Source: Acidimicrobiia bacterium (lineage in GTDB: Bacteria > Actinomycetota > Acidimicrobiia > Spongiisociales > ZC4RG35). Taken from it: a stretch of DNA of 64,000 nucleotides. Positions 28,289 through 37,646 of the stretch are shown piece after piece. A program made the translations under genes and the position numbers. The stretch covers positions 777 through 64,776 of the forward strand of contig JAICRU010000004.1 in the NCBI GenBank assembly GCA_025937235.1. The letters are read 5' to 3'. The notes below the pieces were generated by a model that did not search any database, was not told the origin of the DNA, and worked only from the letters and a program-made list of their open reading frames with translations. The number at the start of each line of letters is the position of its first letter. Position 1 is the first letter of the stretch.

Positions 28289-29607
28289 ACGTCTTCGTAG
28301 TACTCGGTGCCGAGATGGGTTATCAGCTCTTCACCCATCATGTGCCGCAGGTTGTTCTTCAGCTTGGTGAGCTGGATGAAAAGATCGTTCTCGGCGTAAA
28401 GCCCCGGGGCCGACTGCGGGCTCTTGAAGTAGAAGGAGAGCCATTCCTGGACGCCGGTCAACCCGGAACGAGCGGCGAGATCCATGAAAAGAGCCAGATC
28501 GAGGACGATGGGGGCGGCGAGGATCGAATCCTTGCAGAGGAAGTCGATCTTGATCTGCATGGGGTAGCCGAGCCATCCGAAGATGTCGATGCTGTCCCAT
28601 CCCTCCTTGTCATCGCCTCGGGGCGGGTAGTAGTTGATGCGGACCTTGTGATAGATATCGCCGTACAGCTCGGGATACACCTCGGGCTGGAGGATCTGCT
28701 CGAGGACACCGAGCTTGGAGACCTCCTTCGACCTGAAGCTGTCGGGGTCGTCGAGGACCTCGCCGTCACGGTTGCCCAGGATGTTGGTGGAGAACCATCC
28801 CTTCACGCCGAGCATTCGGGCCTTCAGGCCGGGCGCCACCATCGTCTTCATCAGCGTCTGGCCCGTCTTGAAGTCCTTGCCTGAGATCGGCACCCCCTCC
28901 AGGGCGGCGAGCTCGACCATGGCCGGGATGTCCACGGTGAGATTCGGCGCCCCGTTGGCGAAAGGGACCTTCATCTTGAGGGCGGCATAGGCGTAGATCT
29001 GCGACGGGCTGATGGCGGGGTCGTTGTCTTTCAGACCCTGCTCGAACGCCTGGAGGTCGGAATGGACGGCGGAGGGCTCCTCGTAGGCCTCGGTCGAGCC
29101 ACACCAGACCATGGCGAGACGGTCGACGCCACGCTCGCCGCGGAAGTGGTCGATGTCCTCCATCAGGCGCTCAGCCAGGTCCATATGGGTCGCGGCCTCT
29201 TTGACCTGGTCGATCCCGTCGAGATTCTTGACCCATCGGCTGGAGAACACGGCGGAGTAGGGCTTGACCGCCCGCAGCTCGTCGCCGATCCCCTCTATGT
29301 CCCGGGCATCGAGGACTCCCGCCTTCATCGCCGCGGTGTAGGCATCGTCCGAGTAGGGATCCCAACCCCCGAACTCGAGGTCGTCGAGCCCGGCGAGGGG
29401 GACGAATTCCTTGATGAGCGGATTGCGGCCGTCTGTCCTCTTCCCCAGACGGATGTGGGACAGCTGGGACAGTGAGCCAAAGGGGTGGGCGTAGCCCTTG
29501 CGGGCGGCAAGGACCCCGGCGATGAAGGTGGTGGAGACGGCTCCCATGCCCGGAGTGAGGATCCCGAGCTTCCCGGTGGCAGGGGCAGGCGGCTGACTTG
29601 GCGACAT
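28285..29607 (-). CDS. ino1: inositol-3-phosphate synthase (myo-inositol-1-phosphate synthase family, long form)
   Basis: GILTPGMGAVSTTFIAG, NILGNRDGEVL, INYYPPRGDDKEGWDSIDI and KDSILAAPIVLDL. ATG at 29607 is preceded by GGAGG. Confidence 0.8.
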   Translation of the reverse strand: MSPSQPPAPATGKLGILTPGMGAVSTTFIAGVLAARKGYAHPFGSLSQLSHIRLGKRTDGRNPLIKEFVPLAGLDDLEFGGWDPYSDDAYTAAMKAGVLDARDIEGIGDELRAVKPYSAVFSSRWVKNLDGIDQVKEAATHMDLAERLMEDIDHFRGERGVDRLAMVWCGSTEAYEEPSAVHSDLQAFEQGLKDNDPAISPSQIYAYAALKMKVPFANGAPNLTVDIPAMVELAALEGVPISGKDFKTGQTLMKTMVAPGLKARMLGVKGWFSTNILGNRDGEVLDDPDSFRSKEVSKLGVLEQILQPEVYPELYGDIYHKVRINYYPPRGDDKEGWDSIDIFGWLGYPMQIKIDFLCKDSILAAPIVLDLALFMDLAARSGLTGVQEWLSFYFKSPQSAPGLYAENDLFIQLTKLKNNLRHMMGEELITHLGTEYYEDV

Positions 29608-29681
29608 GGAGACCTCCTGGGACCCACGATAGGCAATCTGGGGACGCACTATCGATCGCCCGATCCACATAGGCTGAGTGC

Positions 29682-30137
29682 ATGGATCGTGCCCCCGACT
29701 CGATCGGCCCGACCATCGATGTGGCCCTGCTGGCCGATGCGGTGCAGGCGGTCCGGGGCAAGCTATTCGTGCTCGGGGGCGGCTGGGACACCCTATGGGT
29801 GCGTTCGTTCCCGGCCCGGCACCCCAGCATGGCCATCGGACTGCGCCTACGGGTCCCGAGCTCGTGGCGCGCCGACGTGCTCGACTTATCGGTAGATCTA
29901 CAGGACGCCGACGGCGCCCCACTCATGGCCAAGCCGTTGTCTCATCAGGTGAAGCTCCCGGCCCACCCACAGGCCTCGCCGGCTACCGACTTCGGCGTGG
30001 TCAGGTCTTTCACCTTCAACAACCTCCTCTTCTCATCGGAGGGGTCGTATTCGTTCGTCATCACGGTCGACGACGAACCGGTGTCGCGTCTTCGCTTCAT
30101 GGTCCGTGCCCGCCCCACCGAACCGCCTCCCGTCTGA
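29682..30137 (+). CDS. conserved hypothetical protein (small beta-rich, possibly DUF6941-like)
   Basis: 151-aa ORF with GC3-rich codons, divergent from ino1. The family name is a low-certainty recollection. Confidence 0.55.
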   Translation: MDRAPDSIGPTIDVALLADAVQAVRGKLFVLGGGWDTLWVRSFPARHPSMAIGLRLRVPSSWRADVLDLSVDLQDADGAPLMAKPLSHQVKLPAHPQASPATDFGVVRSFTFNNLLFSSEGSYSFVITVDDEPVSRLRFMVRARPTEPPPV

Positions 30138-30145
30138 CCCGGGCT

Positions 30146-30160
30146 GCGCGCCGCCCGCGC
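30146..30160 (+). terminator. GC hairpin 9 nt after the stop of the 29682..30137 gene (no U-tract)
   Basis: GCGCG-CCGCC-CGCGC is read directly from the sequence. Confidence 0.3.
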
Positions 30161-30222
30161 GCTGATATCACTGTTCGGGGAGTTGGTGTAGCGCTCCGGT
30201 ACCCCATAGGGTGCCCCGCTGC

Positions 30223-30256
30223 GAGGGACCAAGGAAAGTCCCTCGTTTCTTGTTTC
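30223..30256 (+). terminator. intrinsic-terminator-like hairpin, possibly an attenuator, just upstream of the M23 peptidase RBS
   Basis: Perfect 7-bp stem GAGGGAC/GTCCCTC with an 8-nt loop, followed by GTTTCTTGTTTC. AGGAG and the ATG at 30275 follow. Confidence 0.5.
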
Positions 30257-30274
30257 ACAAGGGTCAGGAGATCT

Positions 30275-30901
30275 ATGACGTCCCATGGAAAGGCCGCGCC
30301 CTTTCTCGCTCTGGCGCTGTTGGCCGTCTTGGTGGCCGGCTTCGCTGTCCCCGCGCGTCCCGCACTAGCCGAGACCGCACCACCGTTCGAGATCGAGTTT
30401 CCCCAGGACTGGCAGGTCACCGTCTTCTCGTCGACCTTCGGTGCCTCGAGATCCGGGGGTCGGCATCATGATGGCAACGATCTGATGGCCCCGAAGCTCA
30501 CCGCCGTCTATGCAGCGGGCGAAGGCGTCATCGCCATCATCGACACCTCGAGTCTCGGGGGCCGGTACATCGAGATCCAACACGCCGGCGGCTGGTCCAC
30601 CCGCTACATGCATCTCAACAACGATGACCCCGGCACCGACAATGGTGATGCGGATTGGTCGCTCACGGTGGTCGAGGGGCTCGCGGTCGGGAGCCATGTC
30701 GATGCGGGCCAGCAGATCGCTTATGTGGGCGACTCGGGGAATGCCGAGTGGACCGGGTCGCATACCCACTTCGAGCTGGCCTTCGATGACAACGCCATAG
30801 ACCCGTACCCGTTCTTGGAGGACGCTTTCGCCCGTGCCCAGGAGACTCAGGCGGCGGCGATGCGTGGCTCGATGAGATACGGCCAGGGCAAGTTGGCGTG
30901 A
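30275..30901 (+). CDS. secreted M23 family metallopeptidase
   Basis: Signal peptide LALALLAVLVAGFAVPARPALA. HHDGNDL (HxxxD), RYIEIQHAGGWSTRYMHL and GDSGNAEWTGSHTHFE (HxH). Confidence 0.88.
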   Translation: MTSHGKAAPFLALALLAVLVAGFAVPARPALAETAPPFEIEFPQDWQVTVFSSTFGASRSGGRHHDGNDLMAPKLTAVYAAGEGVIAIIDTSSLGGRYIEIQHAGGWSTRYMHLNNDDPGTDNGDADWSLTVVEGLAVGSHVDAGQQIAYVGDSGNAEWTGSHTHFELAFDDNAIDPYPFLEDAFARAQETQAAAMRGSMRYGQGKLA

Positions 30902-30906
30902 TATCT

Positions 30907-31389
30907 CTAGTGGGGAGCGTGTTGCTCGCCTTCGACGCCACTCCGCTCCTCGGGGAGGACACGGGCATCGTCCAGGGCGACGACCTCCTCGACTAGCGCG
31001 GGACTGGCCGGTGAGACGCTCCGTGTCTCTGCCGAGGCGACCGGCGGGGAGTCGCCCTCATGTACCCAGATGACCCGGTTGACTCCCGAGGCCGCCGCTG
31101 CGGCCGCCCAACTGCGCATCACCTGCAGTTCGGTGGTGGCGAACGCGCGCTCCCTTCCATCCCGTGCGGCCTCGGTGACCAGGACAACGGTGAAGCAGTT
31201 GGTCAGCGTGGCCTGGATGTGGCTTTCGTCCGAGACATCGCCCAGCGCCACCTTCACACCTTTTGCTCTGAGCTCGGCGACGGACCTGGGATCAGAGACG
31301 AACGCCCTCACCTCACGTCCCGGCGCCACCAGCCCATCGACCAGCGCCCTTCCCTTCTCGGTGTCGGCTCCGACCACGATCACCGGCAT
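30907..31389 (-). CDS. NAD(P)-binding (NmrA/atypical SDR-like) domain protein
   Basis: MPVIVVGADTEKGRALVDGLVAPGREVRAFV Rossmann-like N-terminus with a degenerate Gly motif. 160 aa. Confidence 0.5.
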   Translation of the reverse strand: MPVIVVGADTEKGRALVDGLVAPGREVRAFVSDPRSVAELRAKGVKVALGDVSDESHIQATLTNCFTVVLVTEAARDGRERAFATTELQVMRSWAAAAAASGVNRVIWVHEGDSPPVASAETRSVSPASPALVEEVVALDDARVLPEERSGVEGEQHAPH

Positions 31390-31459
31390 ATCCCGAACCT
31401 AACCTGTCTATCCGTCAACCCCTGACTTCGCTGTTCGCACCCCAGTCGGGGCCATCCAG

Positions 31460-31484
31460 TACAATCCCACTATCGGGATAGTGG
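31460..31484 (+). promoter_or_regulatory. candidate sufB promoter -10 (TACAAT) abutting a perfect 8-bp inverted repeat, CCACTATC-GG-GATAGTGG
   Basis: Read directly. Located about 50 to 75 nt upstream of the sufB ATG, in a locally AT-richer spacer. Confidence 0.4.
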
Positions 31485-31535
31485 AAATTCGGCGGGACCG
31501 CCTTCCGTTGAACAAGAGGCCAGAAACCAAGCGAC

Positions 31536-32963
31536 ATGCGAGGTGATCGAACAGTGGCCACAGTTGACATAGATCTCGGCGCCTATCAGCTGGGATGGCA
31601 CGACGAAGTCGAGTACGCCTTCACGCCACGCAAGGGCCTCGACGAAGACGTCATCCGGGAGATGTCGGCCATGAAGAAGGAGCCCGAGTGGATGCTCGAG
31701 TTCCGTCTCAAGGCGTACCAGCGCTTCCTCCGTAAGCCGATCCCACAGTGGGGTGGTGGCGGCGCCCTCGACACGATCGATTTCGACGATATCTATTACT
31801 ACGTCAAGCCCGCGGGTGAGCAGCAGAAGGACTGGGACATGGTGCCCGAGTCGATCAAGACGACCTACGAGAAGCTGGGCATTCCCGAGGCGGAGCGAAA
31901 GTATCTGGCCGGGGTGACCGCGCAGTATGAGTCAGAAGTCGTCTACCACCGCAATCGTGAGGACCTGGAGAAGCTCGGGGTCCTCTTCACCGACATGGAC
32001 ACCGCCCTTCGCGAGTACCCCGAAATCGTCAAGGAGTACTTCGGGACGGTGATCCCGCCCAACGACAACAAGTTCGCCGCCCTGAACTCGGCGGTGTGGT
32101 CCGGCGGCTCCTTCATCTACGTGCCGCCAGGGGTCCATGTCGACCAGCCACTCCAGGCCTACTTCCGGATCAACTCGGAGAACATGGGCCAATTCGAGCG
32201 GACCCTGATCATCGTGGACGAGGGCGCCTACGTTCATTACGTCGAGGGCTGCTCGGCTCCGGTGTACACCACCGACTCCCTCCACGCCGCCGTCGTGGAG
32301 ATCGTGGTCAAGGAGAACGGACGGTGCCGATACACCACAATTCAGAACTGGTCGAACAACGTGTTCAACCTGGTGACCAAGCGCGCCGCCGCCTATCGCA
32401 ACGCCACGATGGAGTGGGTGGACGGAAACTTGGGTTCCCGACTCACCATGAAGTACCCGGCGGTGTGGCTGATGGAGCCCGGTGCGCATGGCGAGGTGCT
32501 CTCGATAGCGTTCGCCGGCGAAGGCCAGCATCAGGATGCCGGGGCCAAGATCATCCATGTGGCCGAGGACACCACCTCGACCATCGTCTCCAAGTCGATC
32601 TCGAAGTCCGGCGGCAGAGCGGGATATCGCGGGCTGGTCCGTGTCGAGCCGGGAGCGGAGAACGCCAAGTCATTCGTGCGATGCGACGCCCTGATCCTCG
32701 ACGAGGAGAGTCGTTCCGACACCTATCCCTACATGGAGATCGAGGAGAACGACGCCGAGATCGGCCATGAGGCCACCGTGTCCAAGGTCGGTGAGGAACA
32801 GCTCTTCTACCTGATGTCCCGAGGGCTCACCGAAGATCAGGCCACCTCCATGATCGTGGCCGGCTTCATCGAGCCGATAGTCAAGGAGCTCCCCATGGAG
32901 TACGCAGTCGAGATGAACCGGCTCATCGAGCTCAATATGGCCGAGGCGGGCGCCATCGGCTGA
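31536..32963 (+). CDS. sufB: Fe-S cluster assembly scaffold protein SufB
   Basis: [57 protein letters not shown] and FYLMSRGL are hallmark SufB blocks. Confidence 0.93.
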   Translation: MRGDRTVATVDIDLGAYQLGWHDEVEYAFTPRKGLDEDVIREMSAMKKEPEWMLEFRLKAYQRFLRKPIPQWGGGGALDTIDFDDIYYYVKPAGEQQKDWDMVPESIKTTYEKLGIPEAERKYLAGVTAQYESEVVYHRNREDLEKLGVLFTDMDTALREYPEIVKEYFGTVIPPNDNKFAALNSAVWSGGSFIYVPPGVHVDQPLQAYFRINSENMGQFERTLIIVDEGAYVHYVEGCSAPVYTTDSLHAAVVEIVVKENGRCRYTTIQNWSNNVFNLVTKRAAAYRNATMEWVDGNLGSRLTMKYPAVWLMEPGAHGEVLSIAFAGEGQHQDAGAKIIHVAEDTTSTIVSKSISKSGGRAGYRGLVRVEPGAENAKSFVRCDALILDEESRSDTYPYMEIEENDAEIGHEATVSKVGEEQLFYLMSRGLTEDQATSMIVAGFIEPIVKELPMEYAVEMNRLIELNMAEAGAIG

Positions 32964-33040
32964 TGACGACCGCCGACGGGTGGGACGGCGGGGGGATTGG
33001 TCAGAGCGGGCGCCATCGGCTGATGGCGACCGGCGACAGG
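32946..33040. repeat. 35-nt imperfect direct repeat (32946..32980 and 33006..33040), spaced exactly 60 nt and spanning the sufB stop codon
   Basis: Hand alignment gives 32/35 identical: GCGGGCGCCATCGGCTGATG[A/G]CGACCG[C/G]CGAC[G/A]GG. Confidence 0.85.
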
Positions 33041-33041
33041 G

Positions 33042-33398
33042 CTACTTCTTGCCCCGTCGGGAATCGAGCTTTTGGAGCAGGTCGTGGGCGGCCAGCTCGA
33101 TCTCCTTGTGATCCCACTGCGTCGCCCGGAAGCGGCACGCCATCAGCCCGCTGCGATGGAGCCGTCGGAAGTCACCGAAGACGAATGCGTATCGGGCCTT
33201 CGTCTCCTCACCGGCACCCTCGGTCAAGCCGAGATGCCACCGCGAGTAGGCGCCCCAATCAGCACGCTCGAGGTATTCGTTCTCGGCAGCCGCACTGGGC
33301 TGGACTTCGGACCACTCGCTCCGCACCACATAGCGGCGGCCGGCAATCATCTCCTCGGCGTGTACCACCGCCGCCTCGTTGACGAGGTACTTAGGCAT
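33042..33398 (-). CDS. hypothetical protein
   Basis: 118-aa ORF with GC3-rich codons. I recognise no family. Confidence 0.5.
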   Translation of the reverse strand: MPKYLVNEAAVVHAEEMIAGRRYVVRSEWSEVQPSAAAENEYLERADWGAYSRWHLGLTEGAGEETKARYAFVFGDFRRLHRSGLMACRFRATQWDHKEIELAAHDLLQKLDSRRGKK

Positions 33399-33418
33399 GA
33401 CCGTTCGAGGCGGGCCAT

Positions 33419-33601
33419 CTACTCTTGGACGACCGTTACCTCGACCTCCTCGGGGAGGCTCTCGTCCGAGGTGTTGTTGACCAGGTACCAGATCCCCAGC
33501 ACCAGCGCGATGGCGATCAATGCCCCAGCGACGATCATGCCGAAATTCCCACCACTCCTGGTGTCCGTGACGATGATCTCGCGGTCTCTGTCGTTACTCA
33601 T
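33419..33601 (-). CDS. small single-pass membrane protein (60 aa)
   Basis: ATG at 33601 is preceded by AAGGAGAAGG. One hydrophobic helix, FGMIVAGALIAIALVLGIWYLV. Confidence 0.5.
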   Translation of the reverse strand: MSNDRDREIIVTDTRSGGNFGMIVAGALIAIALVLGIWYLVNNTSDESLPEEVEVTVVQE

Positions 33602-33714
33602 TGGCCTTCTCCTTCGCCCTCGGAGCAGCCAATTACCACCCCTCCAGGTGGAACAAACCACCGAGCTCTCGGCCCGATTTATCCTTGTTCGAACCGTGAG
33701 CCCGGAGACAATCG

Positions 33715-35028
33715 ATTAGCACCTTCCTGGGGCTGGCCGCGGTCCTCCTCCTCATCCTGCTCACCGGCTTCTTCGTGGCGGCCGAGTTCGCCCTCGTTGC
33801 AGTCGATCGCAGCAACGTCGAGCGCAAGGCGCAGGACGGCGACCGGCCGGCGCGCCGGATTCTCGGCTCGCTGCGAAACCTGTCCTTCGAATTGTCCGGC
33901 GCCCAGCTGGGGATCACGCTCACCTCGCTCATCCTCGGCGCCATAGCCGAGCCCACCGTCGCCGCGCTCATAGAGCCACTCGTGTCGTCCGTCCCGTTCT
34001 TGTCGGTGACCGCAGCCCCGGTCGTCTCGTTGGTGATCGCCTTCATCCTCGCCACTGGCGGGGCCATGGTGTTCGGCGAGCTCGTTCCCAAGAACCTGGC
34101 CATCGCCCGCCCCTATTTCTCCGCGGTCTGGTTCGCGATCCCGCTTCAAGTCCTCAATCGGCTGATTCGGCCGCTCATTCTCTTCCTCAACGAGTCCGCC
34201 AACTGGACGGTGCGCAAGTTGGGCATCGAACCGAGGGAGGAGCTGGCCGGTGTCCGTTCCATGGAGGAGCTCGAGCTCATGATCCGGTCGTCAGGCGAGG
34301 AGGGCCGTCTCGACGACGACGAGCTGGAGCTGCTCACTCGTGCCATCACGTTCACCGAGAAGGTGGCCGCCGACGCCATGGTGCCGCGGGTGTCGGTGTC
34401 GGGCCTGAGTCGCCATGACTCGATCACCGAGTTGCGACGAGCCTCGGCCGCGACCGGCCATTCCCGCTTCCCGGTGTTTGATGAGGACCTCGACGACATC
34501 GTCGGCGTGGTCCACGTCAAGGACAGCTTCAACGTGCCCGAGTCGCGGGTCCCGGTCACCCCGGTCGGCGAGATCTCGAAGCCCGCCCTTCAGGTTCCGG
34601 AGTCGAGCACACTCGAATACCTCCTGACCCGGCTCCAGACCGAAGGACGCGGCATGGCCGTAGTCGTGGACGAGTACGGGGGCACAGCCGGAATCGTCAC
34701 CATCGAGGACCTGCTCGAGGAGATCTTCGGGGAGATCGAAGACGAGTACGACCCCGAGACCAGGATCGGCGAGCCCTCCGAGGAGGTGGAGATCCTCTCC
34801 GGCCTCCTCCACCGACATGAGGTCGAAGAGCTGATTGGCCTCGAGTGGCCCGAGGGCCGGTACGAGACTCTCGGCGGCTTCATAGTGGCCAATCTGGGCA
34901 GGTTCCCCGCCCCAGGGGAGACCGTCCGCGTGGGGGACACGGTCTTCGAGGTTCTCTCGATGGATGGCCATCGGGTCGACCAAGTGCGGGTCACCAGGGA
35001 CACCACACAAGAGGAGGACGCCGGTTGA
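33715..35028 (+). CDS. CNNM/HlyC-CorC family transporter-associated protein (DUF21-CBS-CorC_HlyC)
   Basis: [18 protein letters not shown]21 motif, a CBS pair and a C-terminal CorC_HlyC domain. The first canonical start (GTG 33775) removes most of TM1. ATT 33715 sits 6 nt after GGAGA (see findings). Confidence 0.8.
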   Translation: MSTFLGLAAVLLLILLTGFFVAAEFALVAVDRSNVERKAQDGDRPARRILGSLRNLSFELSGAQLGITLTSLILGAIAEPTVAALIEPLVSSVPFLSVTAAPVVSLVIAFILATGGAMVFGELVPKNLAIARPYFSAVWFAIPLQVLNRLIRPLILFLNESANWTVRKLGIEPREELAGVRSMEELELMIRSSGEEGRLDDDELELLTRAITFTEKVAADAMVPRVSVSGLSRHDSITELRRASAATGHSRFPVFDEDLDDIVGVVHVKDSFNVPESRVPVTPVGEISKPALQVPESSTLEYLLTRLQTEGRGMAVVVDEYGGTAGIVTIEDLLEEIFGEIEDEYDPETRIGEPSEEVEILSGLLHRHEVEELIGLEWPEGRYETLGGFIVANLGRFPAPGETVRVGDTVFEVLSMDGHRVDQVRVTRDTTQEEDAG

Positions 35029-36308
35029 ACTGGTCGGCACTGCTCTGGCTGGTGCTCTTGCTCCTGGCGAATGGGTTCTTCGTCGCGGCTGAGTTCGCCT
35101 ATATCACCGCTCGCCGCAACCTTCTCGAGCAGGTCCCCAGGCTATCGGCGCAAGTCGCGGTTGGCCTCAACAAGAACCTCACTCTCAGCCTGGCCGCCGC
35201 CCAGCTCGGTATCACGATGGCCTCCCTGGTCCTGGGTGCGGTCGCCGAGCCGGCGGTGGCCACGATCTTCGAGCTCATTCTCGGGCCTCTGCCTCTCTCC
35301 GAGAGCGTGATCCATTGGATCTCGCTGGTGATCGCGCTCCTGATCGTCGTGTTCCTGCACATGGTCATCGGGGAGATGGCCCCGAAGAACATCACGATCT
35401 CTGCCCCGGAACGGACCGCAGTTGCATTGGCCCTTCCCTTCCGCGCCTTCATCATCGTTTTCAAGCCGTTGATCTGGCTGCTCAACGGCAGCGCCAATGG
35501 AGTCCTCAGGCTGTTTGGGGTCCCCCCGACCGATGCGTTGGAGGTCGGTCATTCGGCCGAAGACCTGGCCGTCATCATCGGCACGGGCCGTAAGGAGGGG
35601 GTGATCGAAGACTTCGCCCATCGTCTGCTGACCGGGGCTATCACCTTCGGCGACCTCGATGCCTCAGAGGTGATGGTGCCCAGGCCGGACGTCCAGGCTG
35701 TCGCGGCCGACACCCCTGTTTCCGGCATCCAGGAGCTGATGAGGGCCACCGGGCACTCCAGGATCCCTCTCTACGCCGGGAACATCGATGAGATCGTCGG
35801 ATTGGTCCACGTCAAAGACCTGATGGCCGACACCGTAGATCGAGAAGCGTCTCTGCCGGCCTCCTCGTTGCGCGTGCCGCTCGTCGTGCCCGAGACGGCG
35901 CGACTCAGGTCGGTGCTCGACGATATGCGGGAGGCCCGCACCCATCTCGCCGTTGTTGTCGACGAGCACGGCAGCACCGCCGGGATCATCACGATGGAGG
36001 ACATCGCGGAGGAGCTCGTGGGCGAGATAGCCGACGAGTACGACCCCCGCTCCCGACCGGTCTCAGTCGACGCGAGCGGCCGCATCGTTGCTTCCGGCAC
36101 GGTGCGCCCGGATGAGCTGGCCCGCTTCGGGGTGAGTCTGCCGTCGGGTGACTACGAGACGATCGGGGGCCTCGTGATGGATCGCCTGGGTCGTGTCCCA
36201 CGCCGGGGAGACGTCATCGAGGATACCGGATGGCGATTGAAGGTGCGGAGCACCGAGGGTCGACGGGTCGGCGAGGTAGAGATCACGGCGATGGACAGCG
36301 CCCAGTAG
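35025..36308 (+). CDS. CNNM/HlyC-CorC family protein, paralogue
   Basis: [15 protein letters not shown], a CBS pair and a CorC_HlyC C-terminus. TTG at 35025 overlaps the upstream TGA (TTGA). Confidence 0.85.
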   Translation: MNWSALLWLVLLLLANGFFVAAEFAYITARRNLLEQVPRLSAQVAVGLNKNLTLSLAAAQLGITMASLVLGAVAEPAVATIFELILGPLPLSESVIHWISLVIALLIVVFLHMVIGEMAPKNITISAPERTAVALALPFRAFIIVFKPLIWLLNGSANGVLRLFGVPPTDALEVGHSAEDLAVIIGTGRKEGVIEDFAHRLLTGAITFGDLDASEVMVPRPDVQAVAADTPVSGIQELMRATGHSRIPLYAGNIDEIVGLVHVKDLMADTVDREASLPASSLRVPLVVPETARLRSVLDDMREARTHLAVVVDEHGSTAGIITMEDIAEELVGEIADEYDPRSRPVSVDASGRIVASGTVRPDELARFGVSLPSGDYETIGGLVMDRLGRVPRRGDVIEDTGWRLKVRSTEGRRVGEVEITAMDSAQ

Positions 36309-36343
36309 GCGAGGATGGACGGCGGCGCGCGGTAACCCGCGCG

Positions 36344-36607
36344 TCAGCTGGATCGCCCCACCACGTAGCCGAGAAGCAGGCCGCCAACGGCCGCCCAGAC
36401 GAGCGAGAAGTTGTCACCGACGGAGGCGATCGACGGGGCGCCGACGATCCTCATGATCGTCGACCCGACGATTCCACCGATGATGCCCATGAGGATCGAG
36501 CCGAGGAGGTTGTCGGCGCTGGCCACGAACCCGGCGATCAGCCCGGCGATGCCACCGACGGCGCCGATTATGGCCAGAGCCTGCCAGGTGGAGGCGTCTA
36601 GGAACAC
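36344..36607 (-). CDS. GlsB/YeaQ/YmgE family (transglycosylase-associated) stress membrane protein
   Basis: 87 aa, Gly-rich TM helices: IIGAVGGIAGLIAGFV...GIIGGIVGSTIM...AAVGGLLLGYV. Confidence 0.8.
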   Translation of the reverse strand: MFLDASTWQALAIIGAVGGIAGLIAGFVASADNLLGSILMGIIGGIVGSTIMRIVGAPSIASVGDNFSLVWAAVGGLLLGYVVGRSS

Positions 36608-36659
36608 GCCGGCATCTCCCGGTGACCCGGCTCCGGACGGGTGGGAGCCGACGCGCAGC

Positions 36660-36836
36660 TCAGGCTGATACGACCTTCTCTTCGACCACCGTCGTCATGG
36701 GGAACTGCACCGATCTGCCCGCCATGCTGAAGGGCTCGGTGAGCATCACCACGATGGTGGAGGGCCCACGTGAGACCACGTGGCCCGTGTAGGTGTGAAA
36801 TCCGTCTTGATCTTCGGTTATGAATGTAACGACCAT
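36660..36836 (-). CDS. small hypothetical protein (58 aa)
   Basis: ORF 36660..36857 with an internal ATG at 36836. The first codons are atypically AT-rich. No homology recognised. Confidence 0.3.
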   Translation of the reverse strand: MVVTFITEDQDGFHTYTGHVVSRGPSTIVVMLTEPFSMAGRSVQFPMTTVVEEKVVSA

Positions 36837-36971
36837 GTTCCTATCTCTTCGACTCACATAATCGTCATCCGGTTTCGCAATGAGTTGGGACTAAAGACCC
36901 ATACTGGTGGTCCGCCGGCCTGACTCTCGGTTTATCGCTTCGTTACCGGCCGCCACCTAGCTTGGATAGGA

Positions 36972-37646
36972 GTGCGTCTGTTAGTTGTCGAAGATGAGCC
37001 CGACCTGGCCAACGCCATCGCCAGAGGGCTGCGCCGGGACGGTCACGCAGTCGATGTCGCCCTCACCGCCGTGGATGCCGACATGAAGCTCCGCACCGGT
37101 GGATACGACCTGGTGTGCCTCGACTGGAGCCTTCCTGACGGCTCCGGGATCACCCTGTGCAGGCAACTGGTGAGCGGAGAGCTGCCCACCCTCGAGGGGG
37201 AGCGGCCGAGGATCTTGATGCTCACCGCCAGAGATGGGGTGGAGGATCGGGTGACCGGGCTCGACTCCGGTGCCGATGACTATCTGGTGAAGCCATTCGC
37301 CTTCGCCGAATTGTCGGCGAGGGTGCGAGCGTTGTTGCGCCGGGAAGAGCGTGCCGACCCGGTGCTCGAGGTGGGGCCACTCCGGCTCGACCCGGCTCGT
37401 TTCGAGGCGAGCCGGGACGGTGCTGTGCTGGTGCTGACCGCCAAGGAGTTCTCCTTGCTCCACTACTTCATGTCACATGCCGAGCAGGTGCTCAGTCAGG
37501 AGCACCTGCTCGAGCACGTTTGGGACGAGATGGCCGACCCGATGACGAACGTGGTCCGGGTCACCGTCAGCAACCTTCGCAAGAAGCTGGGGGATCCACC
37601 GCTCATCGAGACCGTGCCGGGCCGGGGATACAGGCTGGGGGGCTGA
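36972..37646 (+). CDS. OmpR-family response regulator
   Basis: MRLLVVEDEPDLANAI, LDWSLPDGSG, MLTARD and the winged-helix RVTVSNLRKKL...VPGRGYRL. Confidence 0.92.
   Translation: MRLLVVEDEPDLANAIARGLRRDGHAVDVALTAVDADMKLRTGGYDLVCLDWSLPDGSGITLCRQLVSGELPTLEGERPRILMLTARDGVEDRVTGLDSGADDYLVKPFAFAELSARVRALLRREERADPVLEVGPLRLDPARFEASRDGAVLVLTAKEFSLLHYFMSHAEQVLSQEHLLEHVWDEMADPMTNVVRVTVSNLRKKLGDPPLIETVPGRGYRLGG

Noticed and set aside
30138-30274. c-di-AMP (ydaO/yuaA) riboswitch upstream of the M23 peptidase
   Set aside because: The context fits: a cell-wall hydrolase in an actinobacterium-like genome, with a leader of about the right length. However, I cannot find the hallmark conserved blocks I remember for this class (GGGGUGAAUC-like and CAGCUAACCUCGUAAGCG-like segments). 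It is reported only as an unclassified structured leader.
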